From a virus (taxonomy: Duplodnaviria; Caudoviricetes), in IMG/VR virus record IMGVR_UViG_3300020045_009164, positions 10,753-74,752 of that record: a stretch of 64,000 nucleotides of DNA; one strand, given 5' to 3'. This document shows, one piece after another, positions 8,387 to 17,213 of this stretch (positions are counted from its first letter, which is position 1; each line of letters begins with the position of its first letter). The notes beneath the pieces were generated by a model. It had not been told where the DNA came from. It did no database searches and saw only the letters and a list, made by a program, of their open reading frames with translations. A program made the translations under genes and the position numbers.

Positions 8387-8475
8387 TCATAGACACTATC
8401 CTATTTATGGCTGGTATTTTCTTGGGTTGGACGGTCAGAAAGTGGAGAAATAAGATCCTCTTCTGGAAGAATTAA
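8383..8475 (+). CDS. 30-aa single-TM peptide (not in ORF track)
   Basis: GTGA coupling to TAXI stop; MIIDTILFMAGIFLGWTVRKWRNKILFWKN. Confidence 0.55.
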   Translation: MIIDTILFMAGIFLGWTVRKWRNKILFWKN

Positions 8476-8526
8476 TATTAAGGAGGCTCCTATTAATTTA
8501 GGAGCCTTAGGAGTAAGGATACAGCG

Positions 8527-9252
8527 ATGATAAACCTTGAGACAAATTTTGTAAAAGCTCCAACCATAGACTCTTTATGGCGGGAAGCAATGTCCCTATG
8601 TGTTCAGAAAGGAGAAGACTTCCTGGTAAAGGGTGGAAGTTATGTAGGCCAGATCAGGAAGCAACTCCCATATTTCACAGGATTCATAACAGACCCAGGA
8701 ACATATCCTTACGCTCCGATAACTCCCCCAGGAATACCACCGCCCACTTCTGAGGAGAAGATTGAGAAATATTTTCAGAGGTATATTGTAGGGAGAGAGA
8801 AGGAGCCAAACGAAGTTTACACATACGGGGAGTTTATACTCCAGCAAGTTGACCAGATAATTGTTCTGTTGAACGACTCCAAAGGTAACACTAATCAGGC
8901 AACTATTTGTATTGGTGATGTGTCAACTACCTTCCTGTCCGACCCACCTTGTCTCAGATCTATTTCATTCAAGGTAGTAAAAGGTAAGCTCCAGATGTGT
9001 GTCTACTTCCGGTCTTGGGATCTCTACGCTGGCCTGCCTGAGAACCTTGGAGGGCTTCAGATGTTGAAGGAGTATGTGTGGTCACATATGGAATTCAATG
9101 TTGATGATGGACCTATTATAGCCTTCAGTGACGGTCTCCACTTGTATGAGCAGTACTTCAGTATTGTTGACTGTTTGAATGTAGACAAGATAAAGGTGAG
9201 TGAAGAGGCATTAGGTGATAAGGAGGAGTTCGTAGGAGTTCACGGGGTGTGA
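8527..9252 (+). CDS. thyA: Thymidylate synthase (archaeal/deltaproteobacterial-type ThyA)
   Basis: YTYG, DPPCLR, YFRSWDLYAGLPEN, LHLY motifs. Confidence 0.85.
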   Translation: MINLETNFVKAPTIDSLWREAMSLCVQKGEDFLVKGGSYVGQIRKQLPYFTGFITDPGTYPYAPITPPGIPPPTSEEKIEKYFQRYIVGREKEPNEVYTYGEFILQQVDQIIVLLNDSKGNTNQATICIGDVSTTFLSDPPCLRSISFKVVKGKLQMCVYFRSWDLYAGLPENLGGLQMLKEYVWSHMEFNVDDGPIIAFSDGLHLYEQYFSIVDCLNVDKIKVSEEALGDKEEFVGVHGV

Positions 9253-9443
9253 GTATGAGAACAGATGAGATAATTCATGAGAGGGTGGGGGGGGATCTGT
9301 TAGGTAAGGAAGTGAGATTCATTCTACCAAGTACCAGAAAGAAGAAAGGCTACATAAGAGCTGTTGCAAAAAAAGAAGCACTCATAACAGGTAGAGATGA
9401 TGTTGATAGATGGATAGCCTGGGAGTACGTCTTCTATGTCTAA
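9249..9443 (+). CDS. Hypothetical protein
   Basis: GTGA coupling. Confidence 0.55.
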   Translation: MSMRTDEIIHERVGGDLLGKEVRFILPSTRKKKGYIRAVAKKEALITGRDDVDRWIAWEYVFYV

Positions 9444-9927
9444 ATCCTACCGCCAGACCATGACCATGATGGGAGTCATAGCTGGTTGTTTCAAGCAGCT
9501 TGACTCCCATAAGTACTTCTCAAGATTGGACATGAGAAGGATGTGCTCAAAGATATACATGGACACGTATAAGGTTTTAGAGGAATGGCCGGAAGAACAT
9601 AACGATGACTTCAAAGAAAGAATGAAATCAATCCTACTCCTAAGGGAGTGGGGAGCTTATCTAGATAAAAATGAGGAAAGGATTAAGGTCCAGACTTTAG
9701 TCTTTATAGCCGGAAGACTAAAGGAAGATTTGAGAATAACTTTTAAACAGGAGAAGAAGAGAAGGCTCCTTGAGTATCTTGACGAGCCGCTAGAGACACT
9801 TCAAAATTTTGTAGACCCGGCTGGTTGGCATCATGAAGCTTGTGATGAAGGCAATGAAATGCTGGACTTTCTGTATAATTTAATTAACTGGGACTGGACA
9901 AAATGCGCGAAAACGAAAGTGAAGTGA
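9436..9927 (+). CDS. Hypothetical protein
   Basis: 163-aa ORF, operon packing. Confidence 0.7.
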   Translation: MSKSYRQTMTMMGVIAGCFKQLDSHKYFSRLDMRRMCSKIYMDTYKVLEEWPEEHNDDFKERMKSILLLREWGAYLDKNEERIKVQTLVFIAGRLKEDLRITFKQEKKRRLLEYLDEPLETLQNFVDPAGWHHEACDEGNEMLDFLYNLINWDWTKCAKTKVK

Positions 9928-10071
9928 CGGTGACTGTGGCGAAGGAAGTATTTGACACCTGGACAAGGGGTAAGTTCTACAAGGATATAGATGGGGATTA
10001 TCTTTGTATTCTTTGTGGTGGAGTGGACGGGTATCACTTTGATTTTTGCGCTCATAAAATAGCTAAAGCTC

Positions 10072-10515
10072 ATGTTTGCTAATCTAGTAGAGAAGATTGG
10101 TGAGATGGAGAAGGAGGCCCTCTCGGTGGAGAGGGCCAGGAGGGAGAAACGTCTGGTGAGTTCTCTGAATAGATCAGAGAGTATCAGGGTACACAGAGTT
10201 TCTTATACCAGTAGGGTTATAATCGAGAAGGAGATAGAAAGACACAAGCTACTAGCCAAACAGCCATTAACATACTGGGTTGGTAAAGTAAATGCCCTGC
10301 CGGTGAGATTTCAGCAGAAGGTACTTCACATAGTTTATTGGGACTATGGTGGGAGAGAGTTGGATAAATTATTGAAACATAGAGTGGAGGATGTAGACCA
10401 GAATGAGCTAGCAGTGGTGTTGTACTCTCTTGGCTACTCTGCTACCAAGGCATTGTTCAGGGCCAAGTACATCGAAGACGGAGGCACAATTCTAGAGGAT
10501 CTTTTAGCTGCTTGA
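10072..10515 (+). CDS. Hypothetical protein
   Basis: 147-aa ORF ending LLAA in the 27-bp repeat. Confidence 0.7.
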   Translation: MFANLVEKIGEMEKEALSVERARREKRLVSSLNRSESIRVHRVSYTSRVIIEKEIERHKLLAKQPLTYWVGKVNALPVRFQQKVLHIVYWDYGGRELDKLLKHRVEDVDQNELAVVLYSLGYSATKALFRAKYIEDGGTILEDLLAA

Positions 10516-10871
10516 TGGGAGGAGGATGTGTTTGATCTATTAGAAGAAAAATATAATAAGCCAGAGTGTAAGGGACAGATCTATCGATGCAATGTAAATA
10601 TGTTTCTCAATAGTTCAGGTAACTACGTAGAGAAGGTGACTATGCGCCACCTAAGAACAAAGTCTTGCCGGGGCTGTGAGTGCTGTGGCTATTTGGAGGA
10701 CGATCTCAGGGAGTTCATTGCTATAGGAGAGGGTGCTAGTATCAGGCCAGCCATAAAACATGGTGAGTTGTATAGGTTACAGATAGTTGATGTTGGAGTT
10801 GATTGGGAGACAGGAGCTGCTGATGAGTGGCACATTGCTTTTGTTCTTTTAGCTGCTTGATGGGAGGAGGA
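10500..10871 (+). repeat. 27-bp perfect direct repeat flanking one gene
   Basis: TCTTTTAGCTGCTTGATGGGAGGAGGA at 10500-10526 and 10845-10871. Confidence 0.9.
10528..10860 (+). CDS. Cys-rich phage hypothetical protein
   Basis: KSCRGCECCG; DWETG..D.W motif. Confidence 0.75.
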   Translation: MFDLLEEKYNKPECKGQIYRCNVNMFLNSSGNYVEKVTMRHLRTKSCRGCECCGYLEDDLREFIAIGEGASIRPAIKHGELYRLQIVDVGVDWETGAADEWHIAFVLLAA

Positions 10872-10872
10872 G

Positions 10873-11124
10873 ATGATCTGTACCATACCTGTGAAAATTG
10901 ACGACAACATGTTACTGGTGGTGACGGAGTTTGAACACGTACCAGAACAGAAACAGACTTTTAATTTTGAATACCTGCCTGAGTATTTTGAGGCGGTTGA
11001 CGGCTATCTGGTTGACATAAATAATAACGAGCTGCCGAGAAGATTGTTTTGGGACTGCCTGGAGGAAAATGAGATGAAGATAGTGAGACTAATTAAGGAA
11101 TGGTTTTTTAAGGGAGATTACTAA
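10873..11124 (+). CDS. Hypothetical protein
   Basis: RBS inside repeat copy 2. Confidence 0.65.
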   Translation: MICTIPVKIDDNMLLVVTEFEHVPEQKQTFNFEYLPEYFEAVDGYLVDINNNELPRRLFWDCLEENEMKIVRLIKEWFFKGDY

Positions 11125-11606
11125 TGATTAACTACGCACCCCACCCTCAGGAGTTTTACTGCCTCAATTTACCATTCAAGAACAAGATGATGAAGGAGCT
11201 GATCCTAGGAATTGGGGACTTAAAACATGTTAATGACCCAGCCCTTTGGAATCTCTTAGTTATTACCTCAAAGCTTCCATATATGTGGGAATCTAGCAGC
11301 GTGAAAAAGGGAGACAGGCCAGCTCAATTCGCTACCCTTGAAGCGGCGAAGAAGGATATCACCAACTACATAGGAAATAATCTGATTGGGAACATGGTCA
11401 GGAATTTAAATCCTCTGGAGTTTCTGGAGGAAGTTAAGAAGAACATCCTCAGCCATTTGGAGCTTTGTAAGTTCTTCAATGGGGACGAAGGCGGTTTGAA
11501 GTTGATAATAGAAGCCAGGGCCAAGACATGGGCTGCTGCCAATGGCTATAAGCTAACCAAGCGTGACCAGACTATCATTGGTATGATCAAGGGAGTTGAG
11601 ATATGA
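11124..11606 (+). CDS. Hypothetical protein
   Basis: 160-aa ORF, TAATG coupling. Confidence 0.7.
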   Translation: MINYAPHPQEFYCLNLPFKNKMMKELILGIGDLKHVNDPALWNLLVITSKLPYMWESSSVKKGDRPAQFATLEAAKKDITNYIGNNLIGNMVRNLNPLEFLEEVKKNILSHLELCKFFNGDEGGLKLIIEARAKTWAAANGYKLTKRDQTIIGMIKGVEI

Positions 11607-11920
11607 TACAGGTTGTGGGAACCATAGAAGGATTTAAATACAAAGAAGAAAGACACCACATCATATCAAGATTCCCCTTGCCTACCAAGTCTGTTCCAGA
11701 GCAAGTCAAGATCAACCCCAACTTCATAGACTATACAGGCTTCGAGGTTGGGTCGTTGAAGGTCTTAGGGATGTCAAGAAGTGTCAAGAAGAGGTGGGTG
11801 GTCAGATGTATCTGTGGAAACTACGAGCTTCGTAAGTCCATGGCTTTGAAGTTTGGTGGTGAGAGGTCGAGATGTTCTGTTTGTGATAAGAGATTAACTG
11901 GAGGCTACGGAGATGACTGA
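11603..11920 (+). CDS. Zn-ribbon protein with a domain like the N-terminal repeat of the phage HNH genes
   Basis: DYTGFEVGSLKVLG...WVVRCICG...CSVC. Confidence 0.65.
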   Translation: MIQVVGTIEGFKYKEERHHIISRFPLPTKSVPEQVKINPNFIDYTGFEVGSLKVLGMSRSVKKRWVVRCICGNYELRKSMALKFGGERSRCSVCDKRLTGGYGDD

Positions 11921-12110
11921 GGCAGAAATAGTGAGGAAGGTTTGTGTCAAGGCATACAATATGGATTTTGACGAGTTCAAGCAACTGCTTTTTCCTGATG
12001 ATGATAAGAATTATGCCTGGGAAAAGTGGCAGTTGATGCAGAAGGATTTCTCTAGATTTTTCTGTAGGCTTGACTCGGAGAAGGCAGAGAAATTTTGTAA
12101 GGAGGTTTGA
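11913..12110 (+). CDS. Hypothetical protein
   Basis: GGAG RBS; YAWEKWQLMQKDF. Confidence 0.65.
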   Translation: MTEAEIVRKVCVKAYNMDFDEFKQLLFPDDDKNYAWEKWQLMQKDFSRFFCRLDSEKAEKFCKEV

Positions 12111-12111
12111 T

Positions 12112-12402
12112 ATGACTATGCTAGTGTTAGGGATAATCATAGGTGTGGGTTCAGCAGGTTACATTTTATCTTTCTACAAAGACCCAATCATGGCTGTGCT
12201 AATAGGCTTGACTATATGTGCTTCAGTTACTGCCACCTATGTACAGGGGGAACAGTATAAAAAGCTCCAGGTACAATTCAAAGTCCAATCAGAACTACTG
12301 GACAAAGCCAACGACAGTAACTTCAAGCTGCTGAGTAAGTTGACTGACAAAACTGTCCAGGAGTTGTGGGATATGGCTGACAAGATGGAGGTAGAAGAAT
12401 GA
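12112..12402 (+). CDS. Membrane protein (2 TM + coiled coil)
   Basis: Hydrophobic N-terminal half; GGAGG RBS. Confidence 0.65.
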   Translation: MTMLVLGIIIGVGSAGYILSFYKDPIMAVLIGLTICASVTATYVQGEQYKKLQVQFKVQSELLDKANDSNFKLLSKLTDKTVQELWDMADKMEVEE

Positions 12403-12638
12403 TCTGGCTTGTTATTCAGCTGGTGTGCAGTGCTGCTATAGGGTATCTGGTGGCGGGTAGAACAAGTGACATTTTGTTAGGTGCCATGATCGCTGTTGCC
12501 ATGGCTATCCCAATATACTTTTCATACAGAAAGGATGGGTTTATAGAGTTCTGGAAGGAAAGATCAGAGTACTGGAAGGAGTCGGCGGATCGTTGGAAGT
12601 CTGCTTACTACATAGGAGTAAAGAGGTATGAGGATTAA
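12399..12638 (+). CDS. Membrane protein (2 TM)
   Basis: Hydrophobic N-terminal half. Confidence 0.65.
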   Translation: MIWLVIQLVCSAAIGYLVAGRTSDILLGAMIAVAMAIPIYFSYRKDGFIEFWKERSEYWKESADRWKSAYYIGVKRYED

Positions 12639-14112
12639 GACACCCGTGGAAATTATTTTAGAAAAAATAAATTTACCATTCAAAGGGAAGTTGCATGACT
12701 ACCAAGTAGCTGACATCAACAGAGCTTGTTCAGAACCAAACTTTGGGTGGTGGCTAGATCTTGGTTTGGGAAAATCAGTTTGTTCAGCAATTACAGGAGC
12801 TTACAAGCTTCTCATAGAGAATTACTACTCCTGTTATGTTCTCACGCCTGCGGCGTTGGTGAATCAATGGTATGAAGTTCTAACCAAGATGGGGTTGAAG
12901 GCAACTATCTATGGAGGTCCACCTAAAACCAGAGCCAAGATAGATAGAGATGTGGATGCTCTTATCATGTCATTCCAGATCTTTCAGAAGGACTATGAAA
13001 TCTTGAAACGAGATGATGTATATTGGATTGTGGATGAGGGCACCATACTCTGCAATCCAAATAACTTACTTTACAAAATGATAAATGGAGGGGTAGTTGA
13101 GAAGGTTAAGAAGGTTCCTGGAAAACTCATGCCGGAAACAACGAAAACAGTTTATCCAAAACTCAACAAAGGAATATCAATCCTTACCGCCACTCCAATT
13201 AACAAACCTGCCGATGCCTACGGCTTGATCAAAACAATTTCCCCAGGTATATATGAAAACTATTCACAATTCTATAGGCTTCACGTAAAATCTGAGGACC
13301 ATTTTGATGCACCAAGTGAGTATAAAAACCTTGACCTTCTAAATGACAACCTATTGTTCAGAGCAACCAGGAGATTGACCACGGATCATTTAGATCTCCC
13401 ACCATTAATATTCAAGACTATAGTCTATGACCTAGATCCGAAACACCAAGCTCTCTACGACAAACTCATAGATGAAAGGTACATAGAGATGGAGGGTGTT
13501 GAATCAATTGACGCGTTAGGCGCCGGAGCCTTGTATAACTGGAGCCAGAAGATAGTCCTGAACCCAGAACACATGGGATATGAAAAAGACCCCGTAGGAG
13601 TGGAGATCCTAGACGGGCTGGTACATGCTGTAAAGAAGTACCTGATCTTTGCCAACTACAGAATGACAAATACCAAGATCATGAACAGATATAAGATAGG
13701 AGGAATCTATGGTGACATAACAGCGAAACAACAACAAGAGTATATCAAGATGTTCAAGGGAGGTCAGTTACATGGGGTCACTGCCAACCCGAAATCTGGA
13801 GGAGTTGGACTAGACTTACCGATGTGTCAGCAAGTCTTCTTCCCAGAGTTGCCAATTACTCCAAGGGATCTGTTACAGTCAGTGGGGAGATGCCACAGAC
13901 AAGGCCAGAAAGAGACTGTCTTTGTGACTCTGACAGTAGCTCGTAAGACTATCCAGGAGTCGCTGTTCAAAAGGATTATCGAGAAGGATGATCTTATGAG
14001 AGCAGTAGTTAGAGCAGCTGGTGCTTTATCTGATGACCTGCTGGCTAACATGGTTATGGATGAGCCTAAGACTCGTGAACAGGTGTTTAAGGAGTTGAGG
14101 GGAGAGATATGA
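12628..14112 (+). CDS. SNF2/SF2 helicase
   Basis: LHDYQ, DLGLGKS (Walker A), IVDEGT, LTATP, QSVGRCHRQGQ. Confidence 0.9.
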   Translation: MRIKTPVEIILEKINLPFKGKLHDYQVADINRACSEPNFGWWLDLGLGKSVCSAITGAYKLLIENYYSCYVLTPAALVNQWYEVLTKMGLKATIYGGPPKTRAKIDRDVDALIMSFQIFQKDYEILKRDDVYWIVDEGTILCNPNNLLYKMINGGVVEKVKKVPGKLMPETTKTVYPKLNKGISILTATPINKPADAYGLIKTISPGIYENYSQFYRLHVKSEDHFDAPSEYKNLDLLNDNLLFRATRRLTTDHLDLPPLIFKTIVYDLDPKHQALYDKLIDERYIEMEGVESIDALGAGALYNWSQKIVLNPEHMGYEKDPVGVEILDGLVHAVKKYLIFANYRMTNTKIMNRYKIGGIYGDITAKQQQEYIKMFKGGQLHGVTANPKSGGVGLDLPMCQQVFFPELPITPRDLLQSVGRCHRQGQKETVFVTLTVARKTIQESLFKRIIEKDDLMRAVVRAAGALSDDLLANMVMDEPKTREQVFKELRGEI

Positions 14113-14164
14113 AAGTAGAAATCACTCCGCACTCGATGAATACAGAAACGACTAAGAGGTTAAT

Positions 14165-14467
14165 ATGCCCTTTAATAATACAGACTATCAATATTGTCCA
14201 TGCCATAACTGCTCTGTCCAGGCTGTCCCGGATGGCGAGCCTTATGATTGCAGTTGTGACATGGCCGGACCACTCTTGGAGTATTGCAGCGAGCTGTGCC
14301 CAAGTGTCGATAAATGTAGGGCAGTTCGGGATGTGAGCACCCACCTTGAAATGCACAAAAATAAATGTCCCAGGTGTAAAAGCGATACTGGTATAAAATG
14401 GCCGCGAGGAGATCAGCCTTACTGTGAGGGTTGCGGATGGCCTCATGAGGATTTTGAAGCTGAATAA
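14165..14467 (+). CDS. Cys-rich hypothetical protein (two Zn-binding modules)
   Basis: CPCHNC, CSC, CPRC, CEGC; AGAGG RBS. Confidence 0.6.
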   Translation: MPFNNTDYQYCPCHNCSVQAVPDGEPYDCSCDMAGPLLEYCSELCPSVDKCRAVRDVSTHLEMHKNKCPRCKSDTGIKWPRGDQPYCEGCGWPHEDFEAE

Positions 14468-14511
14468 TGTCAGGCACCGAGCCGGTATAATGTGGCCTGA
14501 ATCAAACTAAC

Positions 14512-14540
14512 CCGGCAATTTCACGATTGCCGGTGGTTTT
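14512..14540 (+). terminator. Terminator-like hairpin
   Basis: CCGGCAAT/ATTGCCGG stem followed by TGGTTTT. Confidence 0.55.
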
Positions 14541-14584
14541 GTGGCATAGTTGAAAGTAGTATTGGTTTTTGACCGGTACTGAAA

Positions 14585-14728
14585 ATGGAGCGGAATATGG
14601 GCGAAAAAATAATACTTACAGCGAAAGAAATTGAAGACTTGGCAAAGTTTGCGGGATTCGAGGCATCACGAAAAGGAATAGGCAACGACAAGGAGGCTGG
14701 AGACTCATGGATTGAACTTAACAAGTAA
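14585..14728 (+). CDS. Small hypothetical ORF (not in ORF track)
   Basis: MERNMGEKIILTAKEIEDLAKFAGF... Confidence 0.4.
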   Translation: MERNMGEKIILTAKEIEDLAKFAGFEASRKGIGNDKEAGDSWIELNK

Positions 14729-14755
14729 AACTTTAAAAGAGGAAGAAGATAAGGA

Positions 14756-14784
14756 TTGACATACTACCACCACTAGGATATAAA
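14756..14784 (+). promoter_or_regulatory. sigma70 promoter for SSB-like gene
   Basis: TTGACA-17bp-TATAAA. Confidence 0.8.
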
Positions 14785-14835
14785 GATTAATACGCTGTAC
14801 CAACCAATAACCTAAAACTAGAAAGGACACAAACC

Positions 14836-15660
14836 ATGGGACTCAGGACCAATAAGACCACAATGCCAGAAACCGAGACTGAAGAAACAACTGTTAACCA
14901 AGAAACCCAAAAGGAAGAAGAAACCATGACTGAAACCACAACTGAAGTAGCCGTAAGCGCCCCAAAGGAAGTAGCCGTAGTCGGTGAGCGTATCGCCCCG
15001 TCCCTCATGTCGCTTGAGAACAAGCTCAACCCGGAGGAATTTGGCAACCTATTCCCCCGTATCGTCGGCTCCAACGGTGCTGCCTGTGTCTCTGGCGCTG
15101 GTGGAATCATCTTCGGTAAGTACATCGACGTTCAAGTCCTGTCCCTGTCTGATCGCTGGATGGTCACACCTGTGGCTGAACAGAATGATAAGGGTGCCAA
15201 GAAGCTCTGTCGTGCTTCCTACGATGGTAAGAATATCATCGACCGTGAGGGTAACTCAATCACGGTTGAGTCTTATATCGAGTCGATCCAGAAGGCTGTT
15301 GACACCAAAGGTAATCCACTCTTCCTCAACCCCAAGACTGGTAAGGTCTACGAGTTCAACGCCGTGTCCAAGTATCGTGACATCTTCGGTGTGATCTTCA
15401 ATTCTGATGCCAACGCTGACAAAGCCAATGAGCTGGGTATCGTTCAGATCTCTGTCTCACCCACAGCCATGAAGCAGTTGAAAGCCTTCTCCATGCAAGC
15501 CCCTCTCTTTATCATGAGAGGCTTGATGGCTAAGACCCATCAGGATTGTATCCGTCTTGAGGCAGATCCTAAGTCTGGGGATAGCGGCAACTACACTATC
15601 TTCAACTTCAAGACTGTTCCGATGGATGTTATCAACGGTTACAGCCCTGTGTCTATGTAG
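14836..15660 (+). CDS. Putative ssDNA-binding/replication protein (highly expressed)
   Basis: Strong promoter, C-ending codon bias, E/T-rich N-terminus, position in replication module; function is an inference. Confidence 0.5.
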   Translation: MGLRTNKTTMPETETEETTVNQETQKEEETMTETTTEVAVSAPKEVAVVGERIAPSLMSLENKLNPEEFGNLFPRIVGSNGAACVSGAGGIIFGKYIDVQVLSLSDRWMVTPVAEQNDKGAKKLCRASYDGKNIIDREGNSITVESYIESIQKAVDTKGNPLFLNPKTGKVYEFNAVSKYRDIFGVIFNSDANADKANELGIVQISVSPTAMKQLKAFSMQAPLFIMRGLMAKTHQDCIRLEADPKSGDSGNYTIFNFKTVPMDVINGYSPVSM

Positions 15661-15669
15661 TCTGAACCT

Positions 15670-15749
15670 GTGGGCCATACAATATCTTTGATAAGCCAGC
15701 CAGCTAATACAGTGACCGAGGTTTAAACTTGTATGGCCCACTTTCTTTT
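15670..15749 (+). terminator. 13-bp stem with 46-nt insert and U-tract
   Basis: GTGGGCCATACAA/TTGTATGGCCCAC then TTTCTTTT. Confidence 0.55.
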
Positions 15750-15769
15750 AAAAATATGTGGGAGAAGAG

Positions 15770-16054
15770 ATGAAATTTACACAGAGTGAAATTCTAGAGA
15801 TTCTGGAGTTTGTACAAGAGGCTGATCAGTTTCTACCAGTTGCTGAAAAGGTTACTGAGGTTGTAGGGAAGTTCTCACCATTCATTTACGGGCTGATGGA
15901 GAAGATGGTTTTAGGTAGTGTTGATTTGACCACTGCTTGCTACAAGAGATACATGGACAACGGCTTTAGTAGTGAAGAAGCAATGCTTCTGACACTTAAC
16001 TCCAAGGAGAGTCTCAGGCTAGCTGTTGATAAATTAAACGGGGGAGGGAGATAA
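15770..16054 (+). CDS. Hypothetical protein
   Basis: GGGAG RBS; Y..Y...GFSxEEAM.L motif. Confidence 0.7.
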   Translation: MKFTQSEILEILEFVQEADQFLPVAEKVTEVVGKFSPFIYGLMEKMVLGSVDLTTACYKRYMDNGFSSEEAMLLTLNSKESLRLAVDKLNGGGR

Positions 16055-16055
16055 C

Positions 16056-16313
16056 ATGGAAGACTTAAAAGTGTTGACCATCAAAGAAGCTGAGGAAGAG
16101 TTGTTCCTTATTGGTACTGAGAAGGAGGAGTTCCTGGAGGAAATTAAGAAACGAATTGAGGAAGTTGTTGGTCGAATGGATGATAGCACCACGGCTGCTG
16201 AAATAGACGCTGTGAAGAAGTATGCTGAGGCAAGAAGTAAGTTGAAGATGAAAAAATATATCCAAGATCACGATGCTAGGGAGAAGGTGATTGCGGAGCT
16301 GGCAAATGCCTAG
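16056..16313 (+). CDS. Hypothetical protein
   Basis: GGGAG RBS. Confidence 0.65.
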   Translation: MEDLKVLTIKEAEEELFLIGTEKEEFLEEIKKRIEEVVGRMDDSTTAAEIDAVKKYAEARSKLKMKKYIQDHDAREKVIAELANA

Positions 16314-16962
16314 ATATCTGGTTCTCGATACAGAAACAACTGGCCTAGTAGACCCAGGAGTAGCTGAGATTGGTTGGAGCGAGATAGAGGAAGATCTCAA
16401 TGTTGTATCAGAGTTCTCCTCCATTGTGAACCCAATGAAACCTATGGAACCTGGGGCCTCTGCTGTAAATGCCATAACGGATGAGATGTTGGTTGATGCT
16501 CCTAAGATCCATGAGTTGCCTTGGATTGATGGCGAGGTGGTTTTGATTTGCCACAATACTAAGTTCGACAGACCACTGGTTGAGCCTTATATGAATATCG
16601 TGGATGAGATCTGTACTATGAGGTTGGCCAGAAGACTATTACCTAATGCGGAAAGTCACAAGTTGAGTGTACTGAATGCTTATTGTGAGCTACCCCCAAG
16701 TCTAGGACACCGTGCTAATTTGGATGTCCGTATGGTCATAGGTATCTTGGACTACATGATAGAGGGGCTAGCATTATCTGGCCATAACATGACGTTGTTG
16801 GAAATAGTTGAGTGGCTGAAGGTGCCAAGGCGATTTAAAACAATGCCTTATGGAAAATTTCGGGGTACACCAATAGATAAGGTTAGTTGGTCATACCTAA
16901 GGTGGTTAAAGGCACAGTCAGGTCACGACCCAGACATGGAACTGACACTCAGTCACATCTGA
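16306..16962 (+). CDS. DnaQ-like 3'-5' exonuclease (ExoX-like, C-terminal MPYGK domain)
   Basis: LDTETTG, HNTKFD, HRANLD; MPYGKFRG...YLRWL. Confidence 0.9.
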   Translation: MPRYLVLDTETTGLVDPGVAEIGWSEIEEDLNVVSEFSSIVNPMKPMEPGASAVNAITDEMLVDAPKIHELPWIDGEVVLICHNTKFDRPLVEPYMNIVDEICTMRLARRLLPNAESHKLSVLNAYCELPPSLGHRANLDVRMVIGILDYMIEGLALSGHNMTLLEIVEWLKVPRRFKTMPYGKFRGTPIDKVSWSYLRWLKAQSGHDPDMELTLSHI

Positions 16963-16967
16963 GAAAG

Positions 16968-17004
16968 TAGCCTAAAGATATTAATACTTCTTTAGGCTAT
17001 TTTT
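16968..17004 (+). terminator. Rho-independent terminator
   Basis: TAGCCTAAAGA/TCTTTAGGCTA stem + TTTTT. Confidence 0.8.
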
Positions 17005-17012
17005 AAGTTTTT

Positions 17013-17041
17013 TGTTTACAACCTGTAGGTGGTGCTATAAT
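17013..17041 (+). promoter_or_regulatory. Extended -10 promoter for Zn-ribbon/HNH cassette and polA
   Basis: TGcTATAAT (17033-17041). Confidence 0.7.
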
Positions 17042-17060
17042 ATTAACGGAGGTATTAAAG

Positions 17061-17213
17061 ATGAGAACAAGATTAGTAGTAGAGTTAGAGTGCAAAAACT
17101 GCGGCAATCTCTGGGTTCCTATGGTCGATAACCCAAAGAAATGTCCACAATGTCAAAGTAGAAAATGGAATGAGGAGAAAGATGAGCGCGACAAAAAACG
17201 AGGTAGGAAATAG
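17061..17213 (+). CDS. 50-aa Zn-ribbon protein (not in ORF track)
   Basis: GGAGG RBS; CKNCG..W.P.....P..CPQC.S..W. Confidence 0.7.
   Translation: MRTRLVVELECKNCGNLWVPMVDNPKKCPQCQSRKWNEEKDERDKKRGRK

Noticed and set aside
8527-9252. dCMP/dUMP hydroxymethylase for hypermodified DNA
   Set aside because: Motifs fit ordinary ThyA, and no glycosyltransferase, kinase or aGPT-type partners are nearby
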